A stretch of DNA of 62,303 bases, the filler included, from Dimargaris cristalligena (taxonomy: Eukaryota): the NCBI GenBank assembly GCA_003614675.1. It is 6 parts of 6 records of this genome, joined end to end, with 100 filler letters (N's around TTAATTAATTAA, not from the genome) between each part and the next. Parts side by side here need not be neighbours in the genome. Positions count along the whole stretch, not along the records: positions 52,058 to 62,303 come from ML003202.1; 5 more parts are not named here. One strand, 5' to 3'. This document shows positions 52,421-62,303 of this stretch, one piece after another (within the stretch, counting starts at the first letter, position 1; each line of letters begins with the position of its first letter). A model generated the notes under the pieces. It saw only the letters and a list, made by a program, of their open reading frames with translations. It searched no databases and was not told where the DNA came from. Made by a program: the position numbers and the translations under genes.

Positions 52421-53359
52421 GGCGGATGGGTAGGGACTGGAATTAGACGAAGTGAAAGAGGAGAAAGATTAATGGGGAATGGGGCGCCAATGCTAAAAAG
52501 AGGGGAAATAAAAATTTAAAAAACAAGAGTCGTGTAGTATATTAAGACTGGATCGTGGAAGATGAAAATAGCTGGAGGGTAGAGAGACTGGCTGGTCTTG
52601 CGATCAATAGGGAAAAAGGGACCAAAAGTGAGTATGGTCAAGACATGCACCAATGCTATGGTTTTGAAACTAGGAAGATTGTGCGGTGCCTGAGCCTAAT
52701 AAAAAGATTGGCTTAGCAGAAGAAAGAGAGGAGAGGTCGATAATTTGGCGGGTGGAGTACACACTGCAGGTATACCACCCAGTGTATGTATTATGTATTC
52801 TTTATTCACTGCCACAAGTCAAAGCAACGGCGAATTCCCCCCCTATAGAGACCATCTTTCGCCATGCCAGTTAAACCTCGTGTATCCTTCGGTTGATCGA
52901 TGCAGCGCGGCCTATGCCCGTTACCGTATGGCCGGTTACTCCCCCCCCACTTTTGGGCCATGTTCCTTGGTGTAGTTAAAAGGCGCGTACTTTACAACCC
53001 TCATCTGACTCTTGCAACACGACACCGTATATACAATATATTAGTACCACACGCTGCCAGTACTTACGGACAACCTCCCCCCATCACACCAGATATGGGG
53101 GCCCGCGTGTCCGCAAGCCCCCCGCACCCTGGACCGGGGAGGGTCAGGTGACAACGTCGAACCCAGGAAATTGGTATAATCGAATACCGTGGGCGGGAAA
53201 CTGAAATGCGTTTTTATGGAAGAAGGCTTAGGCTAGAACAATAGGGCGGCTGCTTCCATTCAATGGGAGACCACCACCACCCATATCATACGACGTGTAG
53301 GATTAATGACAACAACCCGTATTGGTAGATAGTTCTGCCTAGGTTCAATAAATTGATAG

Positions 53360-55623
53360 ATTGCCACAAAGAGCTTTTCTGGGTGGCGGACCACAAGGCT
53401 TCCTGGACAACTTGCGTCCAAATACAGCGGTTGCGGAGTATGTTGGGAAACGCGGGGCCATCGCCAAACCCACCCCACCCCACGAATTAATGATTTAGTA
53501 GCAATGTATTAAAAGGGCTGTTTTACTATAACCGGGAAATCTTCCAGCCCGTATTTCCTCCTTCATAATGCCTTGGCCAGTAACCAGCCCGCTTCTCTGC
53601 ATGAACAGACCATTACGAGAAGCTTCTTAGGGCCCACCGGAAGGTGATTCGGAAGCCCTAGGGGAGACGGCTTGGGTTGCCTCATTTAACAGTCTTCTAA
53701 AAGGGTATGAACATGTCCGCTGTTTTCATTGTTCCACCTAACCACGACTTTCCTTTTCATTCCATTTTTTTTAATTTACAAACCCTCTTTACCGGCTCTT
53801 CGTCGCGTTATACAAGTACATTCCTGGCCCGGTAGAACCTATTCATTTCATGGAGGCCCCCAAGAAACGCCTCCAAATCCTCTTGTTAGAAAAGCAGCGT
53901 CTCACCCTTGAGCTTGCTCGCCTAAAAAAGCGTATGTAAACCCAGTCGGATTTTTGGGGCTCGGTGGCCGTTATCGGATTCATATATATACCTAAGCTGG
54001 TTTATGCCCTGGGCGATAAATGGGCACTGGACCAACCCATTCCCAATGCTGCTCTTAAGTATCCCCATTCCCCAATTGGAGTCAGTCGTCTCCTCTTTGC
54101 ATGTGCATTCATCATGGTTAACCTTTCCCCCTCCCAACTATGGTTTACTTGATAGTTAACGAGACCGGCGAGAATGAGAGTTCCGCGAAGGACCCCAAGT
54201 CCGCGGTATTCGTCCTTCAGGAGGAAGTGAATGGAACCAAGGACGCCCTTGCCTCCATCTTAGAAGACTTATCCGCTGGCCGAAAAGAATTAGTTAGGTA
54301 AGGCAGGAGGGTCATGCGTATCGCCCTAGGTATTATACTCATATTTTACCAATGGACCATTTCATTCAGAAGGGACTTGATCTTACCCCGGACTCACCAA
54401 AGATTGCCATATCAGTTGCATAGCTAAATTTTATATCATGTTTATCACTTTGTTTACAAATACTATAATTCGCCTATTTAGGGAAAAGGACCTATTAGCG
54501 GAGACCAAAATTATCGAAAGTTCCCTACGACAGACGGTAAAAACGTTAGAGTCCAAAGGCTCCGAGGTCCAGCACCTATCACTGCTCGAGTAAGTAATAC
54601 ATATCTTGTACTGCAATAAAACAACCCCTCACCTCTCCAGCCCACAGACCTGCGCAGACAAGCGATCCTTTAACGTTTATTTCGGATATATTAAAACCAG
54701 GTCACTCAGAACGGCTATGTTGTGGCTACGTCTTGGTAAATACTTACCCCCTCCCCCCTTTATCTCCGACATTGGTCTTTGATTTGACGTTGCATATTAA
54801 TTAGTGAGAAACGAGAAGAACTTTCCCGGGTCCGCAAATTGACCTCTAAAGGCATGAAAAGGCTGCTCCAATTTTTGGACAAGTACCACCCACCCATCAC
54901 CGTGCTTAATGGGGACCATCCTCCGACTTCGGTAAGTAGAGCCCCATTAGGGGGGAGGGAAGTTCAATCGTTTGCTTTGTATATTTCTGAACCCTCTGCA
55001 ACCCATCCGTTCAACGAGAATATACGATGCGCGGCAGACAATTACCACCAACGTTATACTTAGGGACCACTTTAAACTAATTTAGTATCCGTATTGGTAT
55101 TGCATTATCACCTCCACACCTAATTATTCCTATGGCCCGATAAAGAAACGCTCTAGAGGCCACTCCCAGTCTACCCGATCAACGACCTTCTCACTAAAAG
55201 ACATTATTGAGGTAAGCCTATCCCACGACCACTTTCTGGCCCTACCATCAAAAACCCCCCGTTATACCAATGCCACTCCGAAAATTCAGTTGGGCCAATA
55301 TGAATGGCATCACTCAACTCTATTTTCCGTGATCCTTGAGTTCGCGTAACGTATGCTTCACCCTCTTCTCGACTGGCCATCATTTACAACACATTTCTTT
55401 ATTTACTAATCCAATCCGTGCTCTCGGCATACTCCCTCCCCCCCTCACCTTAATATTACAGGATCTAATGAATCTATCCGTAAGCAACCCCGACCAGCCC
55501 TATCTTACGCTGGAATCGGGCGAATTCCACGAGCCCCATATCCATTTACTCCTAATGGCGGGTATTATTACCTACCACCCCACTAATTCCACCCAGATTA
55601 AATTGGTCGGCTTCCACAGTTAA
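53360..55623 (+). CDS. CENPK: Centromere protein K (CENP-K/Sim4/Mcm22) homolog; exons 53360-53437, 53836-53931, 54156-54297, 54482-54589, 54805-54931, 55146 (or 55170)-55211, 55462-55623; first exon unresolved (possibly ~52793-52925)
   Basis: All listed GT-AG junctions are phase-consistent. They give coiled coils, then LLQFLDKYHP..FSLKDIIEDLMNLSVSNPDQPYLTLESGEFHEPHIHLLLMAGIITYHPTNSTQIKLVGFH, which matches the CENP-K C-terminal pattern (L.EILE.L.N....P.DPY....P.VELLLR.GI...HP....I.L..FH). Confidence 0.8.
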
Positions 55624-55987
55624 TTACCCATCTATTAATTACTATTGCAGCTTGTATATTGTCTATAAATCACCAAATACCATCTGGCAAGTTCTATAGT
55701 CGGACTTTTTATGGTCACTACAGTGAAGGTTGAAATAGTGAATTATTTCAGTATCTCATGCCAAGGTTACGCCTACAGTCCAATAGCGACTAGTACCAGT
55801 TGATAATTACCTTACCCAAAATATTGTTAATCGAGTATCCCCTCTTAAAGAACGATTAATCGTTTTTGAACGCACATTATTAATTAGAACATCGATTAAA
55901 ATAAAGAGCGATAGGTAAAGTACGAGAGATAAGGAGCATGCCTCACTGGCTGGAATATCGTTTTTAAACACTGGCATATGAGAACCG

Positions 55988-58900
55988 TTAAATTCTCAGC
56001 CTTGGCTCCTCAGCTTGTTTATGGCTGTTGGAGCCATTGTTGTAGTAGAAACCGCCATTGGTTAATATCGCGTCAACCCCGTAGCGTCTCTGCAGGGCCA
56101 GAGTTTCTTCCGAATGCCGATCATTAGGAGCCCCGAACGTGGCGAGAACGAGCCCACTTTGCTTAATAGTACTGATGAGACCAGGGACTTGGATGAGCAG
56201 GCGGGCTTCGCATAAGAGACCCATCAGGTGGTTGCGGCGGGCGAATTTAATGGCATCTTTAATACACACGGCTGGCGTCGCGAGTTCAACATCCATTGAG
56301 ACCGAATCGAATGCCGCAACGGAGTTAGACGGTGGCTGTGAAGGTGTAGTGGGTTCCGCGGTTGCCGGCGAATTGGCTGCTGACCAATCCATGTCGGCAG
56401 CTGACGGTTCGCTACCGCTAATATCTTTGGGTTCACGGCGTGCCTTTTTGCAGGATATAGTAGATGAAGAGCCAGGTAACATTTCGTTAACCCGACCTCC
56501 TACGGCTGGCTTAGGTGGATCGACCACAGATGGGGCCAGTGTAGAGCCCAAGTCGGTAGGCGGGGCACCTGTGAATGTACCGAAAAAGACGGGGTAATTG
56601 GGCTGTTTCCAGTTAAGGGCAGTGCAGATATCGGGGTGGAAAGACGTGAAAAACACCGTTCGGTGATCAGTGGGTGGGTCATTTTCGGGAGAGTTGGCCC
56701 AGGCCTGAGAAGACGGATGGTGGGACGGAGGTGATGCGAAGGATGGGACACCCCTGGCGCTTTGCGTGAAAGCCATGGTCGGGGTTTGGGGAATAGGAGG
56801 CCGCGCCGGGGTGCTATTAATTGACGGACGACGAGATGCCGAAAATGCACCGGCCGTTGATTGTCCTTCTACGTTGCTGGCCGTCGATTGGGCCGGATCC
56901 GCGTTCAAAGTCGCCTGATTTCGGTACACAACCCTGAGGACGGAGTCCACATAACTATTGATGTCAGGTGCCTGCCCATAGCCCGTTCGAATTCCCTGGC
57001 CGGATGAAGTGGTACCGGCATTAGAATCACTCAACGAGTGGGTCATCAAGGCCGCCGCCACAGAAGAAGGGGTGGCTGTTGAAGGTGACGACGGAAAAGG
57101 CACCCCTAATATTTGGGTCATCAGCTCAGCCGAAGACGGTGTGGACTTTGCTGGTCGAACCGGTGTGAGCACCCCGGGGTATTTCACCTCAATCCCGATT
57201 CCCATATCAGTGGGAAGGAGAGACAAGGCCTCTTCAAGGGTTACGTAAGCACCATGGAGGGCCCGATGCCACTGGGGGACCGTCTCGGGGAATTTGCCCC
57301 GATTGGCCACGCGCAATCGCCCCTCAAGAGTCTGCGGAGATTTATCCCCACCGCTGTCACTGCGGGCAGTCAGCCCTAGTCGACCCAGTCCGATATGGTG
57401 GAACTGTTTGGCCATGATATTCCGTAGACTTAATTGCACACCATCCATAATCGAGACCTCGGCCTGCGAGTACACTACGGGCACGCCGTCCCGGGTCAGT
57501 TGGACAATTAAATAAATGTTCTTATCGGCCAGGGAGGAGGATGTTACCATGGAGATTGTGGGCGCATCCCCACCGGTGGTGCTAGAACTCAACGGCTGGC
57601 TAAGGGGCGTCACGCTTCCCGATTTGAGCGTGCGGGACCGTACCTTAGTTAAGGAGGGTAAATGCGGGCTAATGGATGATAGAGCATCACTACTACCAGT
57701 GGATCGGGTGAGGGTCGACAGGGAGCCGGTCGGTCGGGGATTCGACAAGGGCGAATTGGTGTTTGATGAAGGGGGGTATGCAGACCCGCTTGGTCGTCCT
57801 AACCCGAACGGCCCTAGGGGAGAGCCCAACAAGTTATGGTCGAGTACAGCCTCGGGGGCGTTGGTAGACTTCCAATAGGTGGGGACTGGACCCCCTTGCG
57901 TCGTCAGTTTGATCCCCGGTAAGGGTTTAACCAGAATATAGGAGAAGGCAATTTCGCCCATTACTCTCAAATGAGTGTCGAGCAAGGGACAAACCATGTA
58001 GCCTCGGCTAGGTCGAGCGGGATCGAAAGTGGTTAGGGGGGTATTTCCAACGCTGACGGTACTTATGGATCTACCAGACAAGCCAAGTCCAGTATCGGCC
58101 GTGGTTGGGCCTGCCAGGGGTCCGCTATCGAAAGCTTTATCCGCCCGCGATGCATCAAGGCCCCCTCTTTGAGTCGCAGGGACAGGAAGAGTTAGACCAA
58201 ATGCTGGGGATAGGGCCACGGCCTTGCCAATCAATTTGGACCCGTAAGACGGATAGATGCTAAATTCTACGCTAAAGGGCTGATGGGCCGGAAGTTGGAA
58301 GCTAGCCACGCGCTGCTCCTCCTCCAGTGGAAGCATCAGCGTAAGGGGCATTACCCCCGCACTTGGGCGCGGTGACACCACTAGTCGAAGGGTGGACATG
58401 GGAGCTGAACCATGGAGACTCACGGCGGCCAGATCCGGTCGGGTCGGGTGTCCGAAAATAAGCTGTAAGTGGTACTTTTGGTCCAGGAACTTGTGCCCAT
58501 ATGTACGCACCGGAATAATGGGTGGGGGGAGGGAGAGCGATGGGATGGCATCCATATCCAGGTCATTGATCGAATGAGGTGGGCCTAGGGGTGAAGGTGT
58601 GGCAGGGTGGGGGGCAGCCCCGGAGTGAGACTGGGTTCGCGCTGCCAGGGATGTGCTGGCCCCGGCACCTAACCCCAGCATTGTTGGGACGGGTTCTGCC
58701 ACGGTCTCGGCTAGGGAGGGGGCCTCCGCTGGACAGCCGGCCTGGAGGAGAAGGTCGACGGCTTCGGTGTGACCATTCACTGCCGCGTAATAGACGGGGG
58801 TCCGGTCGGCTTCATCACAGATATCTAATCGACAACCCGTGGCTAGAAGAACTTGCACACAGTCCGTGTGGCCCTCGTGGGCGGCATAAAACAACGGGGT

Positions 58901-60887
58901 CCAGCAATTGTCCTTATCCAGTGCATTCGTATCAGCGCCGTGGTCAATCAACAGGCGGCATAATGCGGCATGTCCCTCGCGAGCAGTAATATGAAGTGGA
59001 TGGACCCCACTGGGATCGGGTGCCAGAACCGCGCCGTGGTTGAGCATAAGCGTAACCATACCCAAGCGACCGTAATGGCAGGCCAAAAACAAGGCCCGCT
59101 GGATGGGTGGAGGGCCGGATAATTGAATTAGGTGCTGCATGATTATTCTGGTGCAAGGCAAGGAACCACGGAGGACGGCGTAGGTGAGGGGGTCGTAGCC
59201 GTCATGGTCGGCCATGGTTAGATGTGAGGCCGAGGACAGAGTCAAGAGCGGTTCTACGAATGTTTCGTGGCCGAACATGGCACTATAATGAAGGGCCGAA
59301 CGCCCATAGTAGTCCTCTTGGTCAACAATCGCCTTTAACCGGGCATCGCGGCCAAGCAGGGGTAGTATAAAATCCAGCCCATGGATAGCAGCCACATGTA
59401 GGCAAGTTCGGCGATTGATGTCGTCAGCAAAGGCGAAGTCAACTAATCCACTGCCGGCCAGGGTTTGGACGCTCTCGTTCCAAGTACCCTCCGAACAGGC
59501 CCGCCAGAAGAGATCGGCCCAGGCGGGGGAGCAAGACGAATCAGTCGTGTGTGACCGGATCCCATCGCGAATGATATCAACTTGGTTCTTGAGTAGGGCG
59601 TTGAAGAGCCGGGCCTCAAGCCGCTCTGACGAATCCTGTGTATCCATAGTGCGATCGGTGGTATTATCCGGAGCGGTCGTTGTCTCGAGGGGACTGGCCT
59701 CCTCCGGCCGTTCGGGCGGCAAATCAGACGACGCTTCAGTATCTAGGACATCAATCCGGTCGAGTAGATCGGCTAACTGAGTCGACGCAGTATCAGACAA
59801 GTCGGCGATAATGTCCTGGTTGAAGCAGGGTTGAACCTCAACTTGGCGGGCTAGATAAAGCTCTTTGGTGCTGGACTTGGAGCGTTTGTCCCACTTCTTC
59901 AAGATCTTACGGAATCCCGTACCATTAATCTCTACGAATTGCTGGAGTTTGTCAAGGTCGTGCTGGAAGCGCATGAACGCCTCCCGTAGAGCTAGGTAGG
60001 ATGTTTTATGGATGGGCAGAATGGGCTGGGCGTAGAGCTGTTTTTTCTTCTCAATCAGAGATTGGAGCCGAAGTTTAATGTCGGACTCTTTTTGCATATA
60101 AAAGTCATTCACCTAAGTAGTTGTCGTCAGAGGCCAGTCGGATGACCAAAACCAAAACAGCGAATATGCACAATTGGAGGAAAAATGGTATGAGCCAGGG
60201 AAAATGAATCATTCGCAAATCCCGGGGGTCGGTGGCAATCGCTGAATAGCAACATAATAGCTGAGTCACCAGAACAAAACCACGCAACAATATTCGGAGC
60301 ACTAAAACTAAAGCAATTAGGGGGACGTAGCCATGGGGGTGGGCTGATTATTCAGGGACAACACTAGTTAGAATAAGAATGAGCCGCTTACTTTCTCCAA
60401 TTCGCGCTCCAGCTGAACGAAGAAGGCGGATTTGATGGACTGGAAGCGCTGGTTACTGGGCCCATTGGGGGCGACGCTCAAACTGTTGATTATCTTTTTG
60501 AGTGCCTTATAATTCATGTAGTGGCCCGACCACTCGATGAGCTGGTGATTCTGAATATATTTGCCGAACTATATAGGCCGAGTTGATAATGAACCAGGAG
60601 CCAGCATATATAGGAATTTACGTATAATGAGGGTTAGTAAATTAGGCCGGCCTATATCTATAGTTTGGTTGAAGGTCATTTTTATTCACAGGCCGTAGGA
60701 CCCAAAGGTGCGAATGGGGGGTAGGCGGCCGTAGCTGTTAAGCAGTGAGAGCCCCCCAGTATCTGGCTCGGCCTAATTGCACCAGGGCAAGGAATGTATT
60801 GGCTGGTTACCTATGAACCCAACAAGTGTTCACTTTCACTCACAAGAATAGATACAGACAGCATGTGCATAGTGTGGTTACCTTCAT
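55988..60887 (-). CDS. PHO81: SPX-ankyrin-GDPD-like CDK inhibitor Pho81/NUC-2; exons 60887-60882, 60568-60392, 60112-55988
   Basis: Spliced start MK|FGKYIQ..EWSGHYMNYKALKKII..FFVQLERELEK|VNDFY (SPX). Then GFRKILKKWDKRSKSSTKELYL, ankyrin repeats, LPPPIIPVRTYGHKFL, and a degenerate GDPD (VQLTRDGVPVV, FTSFHPDICTALNWKQPNYPVFF). Confidence 0.92.
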
Positions 60888-62303
60888 GGTGGGCTAGAGT
60901 AACCGTAATTTACGTGTGTGTGTATATATATATATATATGAACAAATTAGGGGGTAGTGCGGTTATAGTAGCAGCCAGTTGTATGCGCACGCGTCGGCGG
61001 CAATAGTAAGGAGCCGTTTAAGTGATTAAGGTACTGAGACGATGAGAGGAGTCGGGGCAGGCGAGTGGGGGATTCCCAAATAGAGAGAGAGACAAAAGGT
61101 GGAAAGAAAGGAGTAGCGAGAAATAAGGAAGATAGCCGCAGCGTAATAAGGGTTTAAGAAGGGAAGCGAGAAACAGGCGAATTCAAGGGGAGGAAGGGAT
61201 TAACCGGTAAGGGTGAATTGAGAAAGGGAAATAGGAGGTGGCTGTTATAGGCCAGACTCATTAAGATTATATGCGGGGTAAGGCTATCAAGAGACCCTCT
61301 ATTATTACTCCACTGGTCTATAAAAGGAGGAGGAGGTGTTGGGCGGGGAAAGGAAATAATGCCTGGCCGGTTATCTCTGGAAACCCATGGCAACTATCAC
61401 GCATTTCCAATGTGAACACTAAACATAGGTAAATAGTCCTTTATCCCTGTCTAAATAAAGACCCTCATTATCTTTGCATTGTTTAGGTATTAATAAGTGT
61501 AGCTGGGGTGAAATGCAGTGGGGCATGATGTTACAGGGGATATCTATTCGAAAGTTCTTTGGCACTTTGCGTGCCTGTTTTATTGGTATGGTTGGGCATT
61601 CAAATGACAAAACAGGGGATTGTTCTCACTGGGGTCTAAAGCGAGCCACCTACATACAAAAGTATACTGCTCTACCAGGCCTTCTCCTTATAAGCCGCAT
61701 ACTCTGGGAGTTTGGCTGACTGAGCCTAGTAAAAGCTATGCATTAACTGTCCATAGTTCGCAAGCAGTAAGTCCTAGTTATTTATAAATGGTGATGATAG
61801 CTCATCTCGCTGGTCTTCTCCCTTAACTAATACTCGCGAGAGGGAGGGAGGGGGTGGGTACACGTCAGTTCCTAATCAACCTTATGACCCAAGCCCCCAA
61901 ACCCAATGTATACACTGGATCTGTCGGCCAAGTAGGATTTGATAGACCAGGGTAGAGGGTATCACTACTGATCTACTACTAGTAATGTACCGTTCCTATT
62001 CGTCTTTGTTGATCCACCCACACCAACTCCCAAATTCACAAATCGACCTCCATTTTGCCCATTTCTGGGGCATGGCCATCTTCAGGCACGACAACACCCA
62101 GAGTGAAATATTGCCCCAAACCAGCTGAATCATCGAGATACAGGAGGAGATCAACAGCTATACGTACCCAAAAACGGACACGCTATTCTACCAAACATAC
62201 TGCATATTCGTATGGCCATACACCACTAGCTTCAACGAAAAACGTGATCAACTTTAGTAACAGTACTCAATAGGCTTGTATTGGAAGGGATGGCATAAAA
62301 GAT

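Noticed and set aside
60900..62000. Pho4-type CACGTG sites upstream of PHO81
   Set aside because: I saw only imperfect matches (TACGTG, CACGCG, CACGTC).

Overview
This is eukaryotic, fungal DNA with GT-AG introns and Dug2, Rvs161, Sdh5, Hem15 and Pho81 homologs. An early-diverging lineage, possibly Zoopagomycota/Dimargaritales, is my inference only. The window is not contiguous. It is six probably unrelated ~10.3-kb contigs in descending length order (10350, 10321, 10316, 10303, 10267, 10246 bp), joined by identical 100-bp N44-TTAATTAATTAA-N44 spacers. Contig 1 holds decayed Ty3/gypsy elements, two inverted LTR copies and a Helitron2-like Rep/PIF1-helicase relic. Contig 2 holds a Sec2/Rabin8-like gene with a degenerate GEF motif and a 1.4-kb CpG-free island. 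Contig 3 holds a UFD1-paralog/zinc-finger gene, DUG2 and the 5' end of an arrestin-like gene. Contig 4 holds an orphan signal-peptide/ectodomain 7TM gene with a homopolymer frameshift, RVS161, SDH5 and a small secreted KR-containing precursor. Contig 5 holds ferrochelatase HEM15 and an orphan, possibly broken helical protein. Contig 6 holds an FG-nucleoporin 5' end, a multi-exon CENP-K homolog largely missed by the ORF track, and PHO81/nuc-2 with a 6-nt first coding exon. I cannot demonstrate a new biological system. The best leads are the orphan 7TM receptor and secreted peptide, the Sec2 pseudo-GEF candidate and the evidence for CpG-targeted repeat mutation. All family assignments come from motif recognition by eye, not database searches.
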